A DNA stretch of 64,000 bases, taken from NCBI GenBank assembly GCA_963793305.1, contig CAWBZV010000014.1:160001-224000 (forward strand). The letters are read 5' to 3'. The position numbers were made by a program, and so were the translations under genes. Positions 12,824-22,749 of the stretch are shown piece by piece. The notes beneath the pieces were generated by a model. It saw only the letters and a program-made list of their open reading frames with translations, had not been told where the DNA came from and ran no database searches. Each line of letters starts with the position of its first letter. The stretch's first letter is position 1. The stretch is from an uncultured Gemmatimonadales bacterium. Lineage in GTDB: Bacteria; Gemmatimonadota; Gemmatimonadetes; Gemmatimonadales; Gemmatimonadaceae.

Positions 12824-13200
12824 ACGCATATCTGTCAGCATCGCTCACGGTGAAAGACGTTCGGACGAGCGTCGCCTGGTACCGCAATGTGTTGGGATTC
12901 ACCGTCAGTCAGGAGCACGAGCGCGGCGGCGTGCTCCGCGCGGTTTCGATGAGCGCCGGCGCCGCTGCCGCCGCAATCCTTTTGAGTCAGGACAATGGCG
13001 CGAAGGGCGCCGACCGCGCGAAAGGCGAGGGGATTTCGCTGATGCTCACGACCGAGAACGTCAATGACCTCGCGGCGCAAGCGAAGGCTCACGGTGCGAC
13101 GCTCGACTCCGAGCCGGCCGACATGGGTGGACGGAGAGCGTTTCGGCTCCGGGACCCGGACGGATTCCGGCTTACCATCGCCACCGAGCGGAAGGCCTAG
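12820..13200 (+). CDS. VOC/glyoxalase family protein
   Basis: LTVKDVRTSVAWYRNVLGF ... GRRAFRLRDPDGF. Confidence 0.85.
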   Translation: MNAYLSASLTVKDVRTSVAWYRNVLGFTVSQEHERGGVLRAVSMSAGAAAAAILLSQDNGAKGADRAKGEGISLMLTTENVNDLAAQAKAHGATLDSEPADMGGRRAFRLRDPDGFRLTIATERKA

Positions 13201-13202
13201 AC

Positions 13203-14309
13203 GTGTCGTCCATATTCAGTCCGCTTCGGGTTGGGGATCTGGAGCTCGCCAATCGCGTGGCCATGGCGCCGATGACGCGCCTGCGTGCCGGGAGGACGGG
13301 GACGCCAACCGTCCTCAACGCGACCTACTACGCGCAACGCGCGAGCGCCGGGCTCATTATCACGGAAGCAACGGACATCTCAGCCCAAGCCACGGGCTAC
13401 GCCGGCGCACCGGGAATCTGGTCGGCCGATCAGATCGCTGGCTGGCGGCTCGTCACGCGGGCCGTGCACGAGCGCGGCGGGAAGATCCTCGTGCAGCTGT
13501 GGCATACGGGCCGGATCTCGCACCCATCGCTGCAGCCAGGTGGTGCGCTACCGGTCGCGCCATCGGCGATCGCTCCGAAGGGCGACGCCGTGACGTGGAC
13601 CGGGAAGCAGCCATTCGTCACGCCGCGCGCGCTCTCGATTGAGGAGATTCCCGGCATCGTGCAGCAGTTCGAGCAGGCGGCGCGCAACGCACGCGAGGCG
13701 GACTTCGACGGCGTCGAGATACACGGGGCGAACGGGTATCTCATCGACCAGTTCCTGCGCAATGGCGCTAACCATCGGACCAATGCCTACGGCGGGACGC
13801 CAACGAACCGCGCGCGGTTGCTCTTCGAGGTCGTCGAGGCGGTCGTCGGCGTGTGGGGCTCCGGTCGCGTGGGCGTGCGCCTGTCGCCGCTCGGAACCAA
13901 CTCCAGTATGAGCGACAGCGACCCAATGCAAACCTATCATGTGGTCGCCGAAGGCCTCAGCCGCTTTCATCTCGCGTTTCTCGAAGCGCGCGTAGCGTTG
14001 CCCGCGGGCAATGCCATGCTGCGCATGCTCCGTGAGACGTTCCACGGTCGCCTCATGCTGAACGAAGGCATGACGCTCGATACTGCCAACGCACTCATCG
14101 CGAGCGGCGAGATCGATCTGGCGAGCTTCGCGCGGCCGTTCATTGGGAACCCCGACCTCGTCGCGCGGTTCGCCCAGGGAGCGCCGTTGGCCACGAGCAA
14201 CAATGCCACGTGGTACGGCGGCGAGGCGGCGGGGTACGTCGATTATCCGTCGCTCACTGCCGTTGGAACAGCACCTCCTGAATCTTCCCGTCTGGCGTCC
14301 GATACATGA
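13203..14309 (+). CDS. alkene reductase (Old Yellow Enzyme, NemA-like)
   Basis: NRVAMAPMTRLRA, YYAQRASAGLIITEA, QLWHTGR, EIHGANGYLIDQFL, GYVDYP. Confidence 0.92.
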   Translation: MSSIFSPLRVGDLELANRVAMAPMTRLRAGRTGTPTVLNATYYAQRASAGLIITEATDISAQATGYAGAPGIWSADQIAGWRLVTRAVHERGGKILVQLWHTGRISHPSLQPGGALPVAPSAIAPKGDAVTWTGKQPFVTPRALSIEEIPGIVQQFEQAARNAREADFDGVEIHGANGYLIDQFLRNGANHRTNAYGGTPTNRARLLFEVVEAVVGVWGSGRVGVRLSPLGTNSSMSDSDPMQTYHVVAEGLSRFHLAFLEARVALPAGNAMLRMLRETFHGRLMLNEGMTLDTANALIASGEIDLASFARPFIGNPDLVARFAQGAPLATSNNATWYGGEAAGYVDYPSLTAVGTAPPESSRLASDT

Positions 14310-15675
14310 GGGCGCCGGCGGACTGCTTGCCGGTGGTGAAGTGGATCACCGCGACCTCCATGCCGCCCCGCTCCGCGGTATTATCGACCTCGACGTTGCT
14401 GATTGGGCCCAGTGACTTGGTCGCACTCTGTATGAGCGCCGGCGTAAGGAACGCGCTGTAATCATCGCCCAGCGTCGAGCGGTCCACGTGTCCCGATTGC
14501 AACCCAACTAGGAACGTCCGCGCGGCATCGCGGGCTGATGGGCCGTTGATCGTGGGCACGTCGACGTGCGGCACGAGCTTGTCGAGAATGTGGTCCTCGA
14601 GCGAGTCGAGCGATGCGAAATCCGTGTTCGCCATCATGACGATCGCCGAGCGGGTCGCGGGCACGACAATGTTCTCGGCCACGAATCCGCTCACGGCTCC
14701 GCCATGTCTAAACACGACGGCTGGCCCCTCTTCGACTATGCCGTCTCCGCAGCCATAGCCCGTCGAACGCCCGTCCTTCAAACGGCGCGGCGTCGTGAGC
14801 GTCCGGTACGAGTCGTCGGACAGCACTTTGCCGCCGATCAACGCCATGTCCCAGGCCGCGATGTCGCTCGGCGTCGACCAGATCGCGCCCGCGCTTCCGG
14901 CCCAGCCACGCCCTTCGGGCTCGGCGGGGAACGCTGAGCCGAGTGCGTACGTGGTGTAGCCGGTCGCCATCGCTGGTGTGTGATCGACCGGGTCGAATTG
15001 CGTATGCGTCATCCCGACCGGTGTGAAGATGCGCTGGGCGAGGAACGCGCCGAACGGCTGGCCGCCGGCTTGCTCGACGACGCGACCGAGAATAAGAAAG
15101 TTCGTGTTGCTGTAGGACCAGCGCGTGCCCGGGTCGAAGTCCAGTGGGCGCGTCGCGTACTCGTCGATGATCTGATCCGCGGTCGCGGGCTTTTGCATCT
15201 CGCGATCGACGAAATCGAGCGGATAGAAATCGCGATAGCCCGAGACATGGTTGCCGAGGTCGAGCAGCGTGATGTCGCCGGCGCGGGTGAGCTTCGGGAA
15301 GTACTTGGCCACGGGATCCTGCAGCGTGAGCTTCCCATCCTGGGCGAGGAGGAGCACGGCCGAGCAGGTGAACTGCTTCGTGACCGAGCCGACGGCGAAC
15401 ATCGTCTCGGCCGAGACCGAGTCGTGAGAAGCGAGCGTCTTGAGGCCGTAGCCCTTGGCCAGAACGACTTTGCCGTCCTGCGCGACGGCGACCGAGAGTC
15501 CGACGAGGTGCTTGTCGGTCACGGTCGCGCGGATCAAGCTGTCGATCTGTGCGACCGATACCGGCGCAACGGGCACCGTGCCGACAATGGCGTACGCACT
15601 CGTGGTGACCGTTGGGACGGGTTTGCTACAGGCCGCGAGGAGACTGACGATCGCCACACTGAACGCTATTCGCAT
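14254..15675 (-). CDS. serine hydrolase, beta-lactamase family (lipoprotein)
   Basis: Lipobox LLAAC, SxxK (GSVTKQF), YSN, HGG. Confidence 0.9.
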   Translation of the reverse strand: MRIAFSVAIVSLLAACSKPVPTVTTSAYAIVGTVPVAPVSVAQIDSLIRATVTDKHLVGLSVAVAQDGKVVLAKGYGLKTLASHDSVSAETMFAVGSVTKQFTCSAVLLLAQDGKLTLQDPVAKYFPKLTRAGDITLLDLGNHVSGYRDFYPLDFVDREMQKPATADQIIDEYATRPLDFDPGTRWSYSNTNFLILGRVVEQAGGQPFGAFLAQRIFTPVGMTHTQFDPVDHTPAMATGYTTYALGSAFPAEPEGRGWAGSAGAIWSTPSDIAAWDMALIGGKVLSDDSYRTLTTPRRLKDGRSTGYGCGDGIVEEGPAVVFRHGGAVSGFVAENIVVPATRSAIVMMANTDFASLDSLEDHILDKLVPHVDVPTINGPSARDAARTFLVGLQSGHVDRSTLGDDYSAFLTPALIQSATKSLGPISNVEVDNTAERGGMEVAVIHFTTGKQSAGALMYRTPDGKIQEVLFQRQ

Positions 15676-15686
15676 AGTACCCTGGT

Positions 15687-16133
15687 TTATGGAACGACCG
15701 CAATGCCTTCGATCTCGATCATGTATTCGTCGCGAGCCAGAGCCACGGCGCCGGTGAGCGTGCTCGCCGGGAGATGATCGCGATCGAGAAATTTGTCGCG
15801 AACGTCGCGGAGCGCCAGCACTTTGTCGTGGTCGAGGCCCACCACGAAGTAGTTCAGCTTCACGAGATTGGCGGTGGTGGCGCCCGCCGCGGACAATTCG
15901 GCGCGCAGGTTCTCAAACGCCTGAGTAGCCTGCGCGCGGAAGTCGCCGCGGCCGACAACGTCACCGTGCGCGTCAGCCGAGACCGCGCCCGAGAGATAAA
16001 CAATCTTTCCGTGCTCGACGACGACCGCGTGGGAATATCCCGGCGGCGGCGCGAGGTTCGGCGCGGTGACGTAGTGCGCTTGGGCGCCGGCAAGCGCCGG
16101 GAATACCGCAATCAGGATCGCGAATGTTCTCAT
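15687..16133 (-). CDS. RidA/YjgF family protein with apparent signal peptide
   Basis: GYSHAV, YLSGAV, QAFENL, PASTL.G...LA....IEIEGIA. N-terminus MRTFAILIAVFPALAGA-Q. Confidence 0.85.
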   Translation of the reverse strand: MRTFAILIAVFPALAGAQAHYVTAPNLAPPPGYSHAVVVEHGKIVYLSGAVSADAHGDVVGRGDFRAQATQAFENLRAELSAAGATTANLVKLNYFVVGLDHDKVLALRDVRDKFLDRDHLPASTLTGAVALARDEYMIEIEGIAVVP

Positions 16134-16222
16134 GGGCCAAACGTGACCAAGCTGGACCAGGGCTTGCAAGGGGGTAATCGTTTGTGCATGAGGAGCGCGG
16201 ACTTGGGGGCCTAGCGCACGCG

Positions 16223-17713
16223 ATGAGCAGCGCAGACCGGCTGCTCCTCGACGGCGTGCTCGACTATGCCCTGTTTGCCCTCGATCCGCAGGGTTGCGTG
16301 CTCGTATGGAACGCGGGCGCCGAGCGCATGTATGGGTACCGGGCCGACGATATCGCCGGGCAAGACTTCGTGATCTCGTACACGGAGGACGATGTCGCCG
16401 AAGGTCGACCGGCTCGAGAGCTCGAGATCGCGACGACGCGGGGCCGGGTGCAAAGCGAGGCCTGGCGTGTCCGCGAAGACGGCTCGCGGTTCTGGACGAG
16501 CACGATACTGACGGCGCTCCGTGATGACGCAGGGGCGCTGGTGGGATTCGCCGGCGTGACCCGCGACTTGAGCGATCGTCGACAGGCCGACATCGCGCTG
16601 CAGCAAAGCGAGCAGGGCTTCCGGCTTCTCGTTCAGAGCGTGCGGGACTACGCCATCTTCATGCTCGACCCGACGGGCCATATCGCCTCGTGGAACGCCG
16701 GCGCGGAGCGCATCAAGGGCTATACGGCCGACGAGATCACGGGCCAGCATTTTTCGATCTTCTATCCGCCGGAGGATAAGGGGGACGGCAAGCCGGCCCG
16801 CGAGCTGGAGATCGCGATACGGACCGGGGTGTACGGGGAAGAGGGCTGGCGCCTGCGTAAAGACGGATCGCGCTTCTGGGCGAGCGTGGTCATTACGGCT
16901 CTCCGAAACGAGGACGGCAGTCTGGCGGGATTCGCCAAGGTCACCCGCGATCTCACCGAGCGGCAGGCGGGGCAGCTCCGGGCATTGGAGGACGCGCGGC
17001 GCGTGACGGAAGCGGAGACGGCGAATCGCGTCAAGGGCGAGTTTCTCGCCGCAATGTCACACGAGCTCCGGACGCCGCTCAACGCGATCGCGGGCTATGC
17101 GGATCTGATGCTGATGGGCGTGAGCGGTCCAGTCACCGAGGAGCAGCGCTCCCACCTGCAGCGCATCGCCAAGAGCCAGCAGCACCTGCTCGGGATCATC
17201 AACGACCTGCTCAACTTCAGTCGACTCGAAGCCGGCCGTGTCGTATTCGATCTCGGATCGGTCGCGCTCCGGGACATCACCCACGGAATCGTGCCAATGA
17301 TCGCGCCGCAGGCGAATGCGAAGCAGCTCTCGGTCACCGCCCTGTGCGCGTGCGATTGCCGGGCGCACGCGGATCGGTCGAAGGTCGAGCAGATTCTGCT
17401 CAATCTGCTTTCGAACGCCGTCAAGTTCACCGACACCGGCGGGTCGATCGAGGTGACGTGCGGCTCGGAGGGCGATCGAGTCTGGCTCAAGGTATGCGAT
17501 ACGGGAGCTGGCATCCCGGCGAGCGCGATCGAGCGCATCTTCTCGCCGTTCGTTCAGGTCGGACGGAGTCTCGCCAGTCCCAAGGAAGGCGCGGGCCTGG
17601 GTCTCTCGATCAGTCGCGAGCTCGCGCGGGCAATGGGCGGGGAGCTGACGGTGGAGAGTAGCGAAGGCGTCGGCTCGACCTTCACCCTCACGCTCCCGCA
17701 ATTTTCGGCGTAG
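16223..17713 (+). CDS. PAS-PAS sensor histidine kinase
   Basis: Two PAS/PAC repeats (WNAGAER..GY...G, WR.R.DGSRFW), H-box MSHELRTPLNAI, NLLSNAVKFT, GAGLGLSIS. Confidence 0.93.
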   Translation: MSSADRLLLDGVLDYALFALDPQGCVLVWNAGAERMYGYRADDIAGQDFVISYTEDDVAEGRPARELEIATTRGRVQSEAWRVREDGSRFWTSTILTALRDDAGALVGFAGVTRDLSDRRQADIALQQSEQGFRLLVQSVRDYAIFMLDPTGHIASWNAGAERIKGYTADEITGQHFSIFYPPEDKGDGKPARELEIAIRTGVYGEEGWRLRKDGSRFWASVVITALRNEDGSLAGFAKVTRDLTERQAGQLRALEDARRVTEAETANRVKGEFLAAMSHELRTPLNAIAGYADLMLMGVSGPVTEEQRSHLQRIAKSQQHLLGIINDLLNFSRLEAGRVVFDLGSVALRDITHGIVPMIAPQANAKQLSVTALCACDCRAHADRSKVEQILLNLLSNAVKFTDTGGSIEVTCGSEGDRVWLKVCDTGAGIPASAIERIFSPFVQVGRSLASPKEGAGLGLSISRELARAMGGELTVESSEGVGSTFTLTLPQFSA

Positions 17714-17715
17714 GG

Positions 17716-18754
17716 CTAGCGCGCCCGATAGTCCTTCCAATCACGCTCAATGGCTTGGGCCATCGCCTTGGCCGCATGATGGAGCCATCGAGAGTGGCGC
17801 CGACGCACATCGGTCAGCGCCGCTTTCGCTTGAGCAGGGCTGCCGAGGTGCACGTTCGCGGTCTCGACGCCCATCGCGTGCACGAGCCGCGCCTCGTCCC
17901 GCTTGGCGGCCAACGTCGCGATCTCGATCGGGTTCGAGTCGGGTGCGAGGCGTTTGACGATCCATCGGCCCACGACGCGCTGAAACGGATCTGGTGATCG
18001 GATCGCGCGTGTCATCGCGCGCTCATAATAGCGCTTGGGCGGAATGAGCGCCTTGGCTTCGCGCGCGATCTCGGCGCCGTCGCACATGGCGATCATCGCG
18101 AATCGTGGCTGACCGAGGCTGCCAAGACCGGCTTCTCGTCGCACGATCGTTCGCTGCGTGATGGGGTGCGGCACCAGCGCTCCGAGTGCGTTGAGCGCCG
18201 ATCGTGGCGCCTCGCGCACGATTGGCCACTCGCGCAACCGGTCCCAGAAGTGTCGGGGAGGCTTGACCTCCTCGAATGCCGAGCTTTTCCAGGTGCTCGT
18301 GGGATTCCGCCAGCACGAACGGAGATCCACCCTGGCGAAGCGTCGAGATGTATCCGTCGAGAATGGCCTCGCAGGCGTCGCGAGGCCGTATGTCGACGAG
18401 GCCGGCGTCGCGAGCGATCCTGGCGCTCGCCGCCAAACGGACCAGATCGTTCGTGTAGGGAAGGGGATGCGCGTCGTCGAAGTCGTCGACACCCCACGCC
18501 AAGCGACCTTCGGTGTCGCGCCAGGTGCCGAAGCTGTCCACATGCAGATCGCCGACGGCGAGGACGCGCGGGGCGCTGCGCGCATCGGCGACAACCGAAG
18601 GATAGAGCTGTGCCCACCGATAGTAGGTGCCGCGCAGAAAGGCGAAGAGGTCGTCTCGCATGCGGGCATGCTTGTCCCGCAGCGCTGATGCGACGATCGG
18701 CGTTTCTCGTCGCAGCCGGCGCTCGTACTCCCGTGTCGCCTGATGGATGTCCAC
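17716..18754 (-). CDS. DUF2252-family protein (kinase-like; extra base near 18276)
   Basis: FAFLRGTYYRW, VGDLHVDSFG, DDFDDA in ORF 18023..18754, continuing into AGLGSLG...REAKA in ORF 17716. Confidence 0.8.
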
Positions 18755-19264
18755 TTACCGCCGGCCTGACATCCCGGCGTCGGCGTCGCGGTTGATGGTC
18801 TGAATAGCCAGCGCGGTGAGTAGCTCGTCGGCCTGCTTCTCCTCGTCGAGCGTCTGCTGCAGCAGGCTCGCGTGTACCGAGTATCCGAGCTGTTCGGCCC
18901 AGGTCCGCGCGCTCCCGTAATTCGCCATCTCGTAGTGCTCGACGCTTTGGGCGCCGGACAGGAGGCCAACATCGAGGATGCCGGCTTCGGGATCTTCTTT
19001 CATGAGCTCGGCTCCTTCGTCGATGATCCCTTGAATGCCTCGACACATCTTGCCTTTCGGACTCTTCCCCAGCTCCTCGAAGATCTGGTCGAGGCGCTCG
19101 ACGTGCGTCTCGGTCTGCAGCCGGTGCGTCTCGAACGCGTCGCGCAGCGCCTCATGCGTGGCGGCGTTCACCATCTTTGGCAGCGCCTTCAGGATCTGGT
19201 GCTCGGCGCTGTACAGATCCTTGAGCTTCTCGACGTACAGGTCCGTCATTGTGGTCGGGGCCAT
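18755..19264 (-). CDS. ferritin-like DUF892 (YciF-like) stress protein
   Basis: LKDLYSAEHQILKALPKM, QSVEHYEMANYG, TLDEEK. GGAGG RBS. Confidence 0.92.
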   Translation of the reverse strand: MAPTTMTDLYVEKLKDLYSAEHQILKALPKMVNAATHEALRDAFETHRLQTETHVERLDQIFEELGKSPKGKMCRGIQGIIDEGAELMKEDPEAGILDVGLLSGAQSVEHYEMANYGSARTWAEQLGYSVHASLLQQTLDEEKQADELLTALAIQTINRDADAGMSGRR

Positions 19265-19310
19265 CGGTCCTCCGAATAGGCGATGCGGGGTTGTGTGTGA
19301 CAGCCTCTAA

Positions 19311-19326
19311 TGCAATCGCCGGTCCG
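19311..19326 (-). promoter_or_regulatory. putative sigma54-type -24/-12 element for the DUF892-DUF2252 operon
   Basis: Minus strand reads CGGACCGGCGATTGCA (GG-N10-GC, TTGCA), about 46 nt upstream of ATG 19264. Confidence 0.35.
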
Positions 19327-19379
19327 TGGCGTCGATCTTGCCAGATCGGCCGCATCGCTGTCTTCCCGGAGGTTGACCC

Positions 19380-20396
19380 ATGCGACCGATACTCTTGTCA
19401 GCACTGTTCTTCGTAGCCACCGCACGGGCCCAGCAAGTCGAGATCGGCCTGTATCCGACGGCGCGTCATTACACGCCGGATGTCGGATATGGTGGCCTCT
19501 GGGGTGGCGGGCTCACCGGTACGCTCGGTTATCACTTCACATCGTTTCTCGCGCTCGAAGCGGGATACAGCGACACGTGGAATCCGGAGATCCCCACGCA
19601 CTTGCGCGGGAATCCCCTGACGCAGCTGGCGACGGGCTCGCTCGTGCTCGAAGTGCCGAGCCATGCGCCCGTCGTCCCGTACGTGTCCGGAGGCGCGGGA
19701 TATAACTGGTTCCAATTTCATTTGCCCGACCCGGCGTACCCGGCACTGACCGACATCCGCACAAAGGGATTCTGGGTGTGGCATCCCGCCGCCGGCCTGA
19801 AGTTCAAGCTGAGCCACAATACCGCGCTGCGAGCGGAAGCGAACATGGATGTCCAAAACCATCGACGCGCGACCGCGGGAGGATTCCTCGGTATCTCGTT
19901 CTTCCCAGGAGCGAAGCGACCCGCGCCGCGCGTCGAGCGCATTATCACAACGCCACCTCCCATACACGACACCACCGTCGTGACCCGCGTCGACACGGTC
20001 CGCTTGACGGTGCCGCACGAAGTGCAGAGGACCGTCGTCGACACGAGCGTCTTGCTCGTGTTGCAGGACGTGAACTTCGGGTTCGGCCGGTCCGATCTGC
20101 GGCCGCGAGCCAAGCCGGTGCTCGATCGAGGGGCGCAGCAACTCAACAGCATCGGCAACGTGCCGATTCAGATCATCGGCTACACCGATAGCGTCGGCTC
20201 CGACAGCTACAACAATCGACTCGGCCTCGCGCGCGCCACCGCCGTTCGAGACTACCTCGTGCAGGCTGGCGTAGACCCAAACCGGATCTCCGTGTCGAGT
20301 GGCGGGAAGGGCAACCCCGTCGCATCCAATCGCACGGCCGCGGGAAGGGCGCTCAACCGGCGCGTCGTGATTCGGAAGAATGTGGGCGGTACATAA
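19380..20396 (+). CDS. OmpA-family protein (N-terminal beta-barrel + C-terminal peptidoglycan-binding domain)
   Basis: Signal peptide, PYVSGGAG barrel strand, VNFGFGRSDL, GYTDSVGS..YN..LGLARA, NRRV. Confidence 0.9.
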   Translation: MRPILLSALFFVATARAQQVEIGLYPTARHYTPDVGYGGLWGGGLTGTLGYHFTSFLALEAGYSDTWNPEIPTHLRGNPLTQLATGSLVLEVPSHAPVVPYVSGGAGYNWFQFHLPDPAYPALTDIRTKGFWVWHPAAGLKFKLSHNTALRAEANMDVQNHRRATAGGFLGISFFPGAKRPAPRVERIITTPPPIHDTTVVTRVDTVRLTVPHEVQRTVVDTSVLLVLQDVNFGFGRSDLRPRAKPVLDRGAQQLNSIGNVPIQIIGYTDSVGSDSYNNRLGLARATAVRDYLVQAGVDPNRISVSSGGKGNPVASNRTAAGRALNRRVVIRKNVGGT

Positions 20397-20417
20397 GTTC
20401 AGGGTTAAGATTTGCGC

Positions 20418-21296
20418 ATGAAATATCTCATATGCGCTTTCGTGCTGGCCGGCGCACTGCGGGCGCAACCGGTCAAGGTGTATATCTCGGTCGACATGGA
20501 GGGGGTCGCCGGTGTCGTCACCGCCGACCAACTCCTGCCGACGGGATTCGAGTACGAGCGGTTCCGGACGTTTATGACCGCCGAGGCGGTCGCCGCGATC
20601 CAGGGAGCGCGCGATGCCGGCGCGACGGCGATCGTCGTCAGCGACTCGCACGGCAATGGCGAGAACTTGCTCATCGAGCAGCTGCCGACCGACGTCACGC
20701 TGGTCCGCTCGTGGCCACGGCCGCTCACGATGATGGAGGGGATCGACTCATCGTTCGCGGCCGCCGTGTTTATCGGCTATCACGCGTCGACGACGAATCC
20801 CGCCGGCGTCCGCGCCCACACATTCTCGAGCGCCACGTTCACGAGCGTGGAGCTCAACGGCGTCCCGATCCCCGAGGCGGGCCTCAATGCCGCGATCGCC
20901 GGCCGATTCGGCGTGCCCGTCGTGGCGATTTCAGGGGACGATATCGCCGTGCACGAAGCGCAGCAAATGATCGGCGGCCTCGAGGGTGCCGTCGTCAAGC
21001 GCGCGATCAGCTTTCACGCCGCGGCGACCATGACGCCGGCCGCGGCGCAGGCCTTGATTCGCACCACGGTTCGTGCGGGCGTCCAGCGGCGAGCCAGCAT
21101 CAAGCCGTACGTCCTGGCCACCCCCGTGCGCTTGGATCTCAGCTTCAAGAACTATCGGCCGGCCGAGCTGTTGACCTATCTCCCGGGTGTCCAGCGCGTC
21201 TCGTCACACACGATTCGCTTCGTGGGCCACGACATCACCAACGTCTCGCGATTTATCGAGTTCGTGACGAACTATCAGCCCGATCTCTCGCCGTGA
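20418..21296 (+). CDS. M55-family D-aminopeptidase (DppA-like) with signal peptide
   Basis: KVYISVDMEGVAG, DSHG, GYHA, AHT, SGDD. Confidence 0.9.
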   Translation: MKYLICAFVLAGALRAQPVKVYISVDMEGVAGVVTADQLLPTGFEYERFRTFMTAEAVAAIQGARDAGATAIVVSDSHGNGENLLIEQLPTDVTLVRSWPRPLTMMEGIDSSFAAAVFIGYHASTTNPAGVRAHTFSSATFTSVELNGVPIPEAGLNAAIAGRFGVPVVAISGDDIAVHEAQQMIGGLEGAVVKRAISFHAAATMTPAAAQALIRTTVRAGVQRRASIKPYVLATPVRLDLSFKNYRPAELLTYLPGVQRVSSHTIRFVGHDITNVSRFIEFVTNYQPDLSP

Positions 21297-22728
21297 GCGC
21301 CGCGCCTGCCACGCTTCTCGCGCGATGGGGCGCGTTGTCGAGCATTCGGATGTAGGCATCGTGGGCCTCGCGCGAGCGGCCGGCGGCCAGTAGCAGGTCG
21401 CCGTAGAGCTCGCGCGCCGGGAGCACCGGTCCCGGTGATATCGGCAGCGAGGGCTGTCGATCCTCGAGATCGGCCGCTGCCGACGCACGGGAGATCGCGC
21501 CGGCCGTATCGCCCGCGGCGAGTGCGAGCCACGCCGATGCGGCCAGTCGCTGAATCTTGACCTCGGGAACTTTGTCCTCGATGGCGGCAAGCTCGTCTAC
21601 GTCGACCCGCGCAGCGCTGGTGTCGCCACTCCGCGCCGCGCCGATCGCGCGAGCGAAGTGCGTGATCGCCTCGGTCTCGCGGGCGTCGGGCGCCGGGCGT
21701 ATCGTGAGCACCGCGGCCTCCTTCCAGGCGCTGCGCTCGAGCGCATAGCGGGCCGGGATCGCCGCCAGCGCGTAGGCGTTGGTGTACGACCCGGCCGGAT
21801 AGCTGACCGTGACGGCGTTGGCCTCGTCAACGATCTTCTTCGCGTCGCTGTCGCGGTGCTTCTGCAGGTACGCGTAGACGAGATAGTCCATCGCGTGGCC
21901 GCGCTGATCCCAGAGCCCGTGCCAACCCTGTTGCACCTCATACTGCCGCGCGACGCCGGCTGACTTGACGTTCGCCGCAATGTCTTCGTCCCACAGCCCC
22001 ATGCGCGTGAAGATGTGGGACGGCATGTGCAACGCATGCGGCACGGCGGGCGCGATCTGGGCGTAGCGTCGCGCGGCATCGAGCGCGAGCGGCGCGAGCG
22101 GCGGCGAGTCGTTGGCGTGGATCACGTAGTGCGCCAGACCGGGATGCGTCGGGTCGGCGCGGAACAGCGGAAACAGGATCGAGTCCGCGCGTCGCGTCCG
22201 CGCGCCGGTCGTGTCGTACGCGGCGCCGTTGCCGAGGATCGCCAGCGCGTAGAAGATCGCCGCTTCGTGATCCTCGGGGTTCTGCCGGTACACTTTCTCC
22301 ATCGCCTGCTCGTACGCGGCGATCCGTACACGGTAGGACGGTGTGGGAAGCTCGCGATAGTACGTCGCGATCGCATCCGCGTAGTCGCGCTCGCGCGGCG
22401 TATGCGCGAGCGTCGTCGCGCGTTCGCTCAAGTCGTGCCCACGCTTCAAGTCGTCGGGTGACGGCGGCGCCCACATCGGGTGGAGCAGGCTCATCGCCTG
22501 ACCCCAGTACGCCATCGCGCAGTCCGAGTCCGCGGCGCTCACCGCCGCGAATGTGCGGAACGACTCCTCGTACCAGAACGAGTGCAGCAGCGCGACGCCA
22601 CGATCGAACTGGGGCTGCACGTCGCTCGCGCACGACGTCGCGAAGTGCACGTGGCCGATCTCGTGCTCGTGCGCCTCCTGGGCGCCGAGGACGGTGGACA
22701 TGGCCAGCAGCATCAGCGGAGCGCGCAT
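21253..22728 (-). CDS. secreted TPR-like helical protein
   Basis: Signal peptide, GHVHFATSC...FDRGVALLHSFWY, HPGLAHYVIHAND, HALHMPSHIF. Confidence 0.75.
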   Translation of the reverse strand: MRAPLMLLAMSTVLGAQEAHEHEIGHVHFATSCASDVQPQFDRGVALLHSFWYEESFRTFAAVSAADSDCAMAYWGQAMSLLHPMWAPPSPDDLKRGHDLSERATTLAHTPRERDYADAIATYYRELPTPSYRVRIAAYEQAMEKVYRQNPEDHEAAIFYALAILGNGAAYDTTGARTRRADSILFPLFRADPTHPGLAHYVIHANDSPPLAPLALDAARRYAQIAPAVPHALHMPSHIFTRMGLWDEDIAANVKSAGVARQYEVQQGWHGLWDQRGHAMDYLVYAYLQKHRDSDAKKIVDEANAVTVSYPAGSYTNAYALAAIPARYALERSAWKEAAVLTIRPAPDARETEAITHFARAIGAARSGDTSAARVDVDELAAIEDKVPEVKIQRLAASAWLALAAGDTAGAISRASAAADLEDRQPSLPISPGPVLPARELYGDLLLAAGRSREAHDAYIRMLDNAPHRARSVAGAALTARDRADSSSRTR

Positions 22729-22749
22729 AGCACCTCTCGTCCGTCAATA

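Noticed and set aside
14254..15675. Antibiotic-resistance calls (beta-lactamase here, vanX at 56.3-56.8 kb)
   Set aside because: Generic serine-hydrolase and M15 family members with no van cluster or mobile context.
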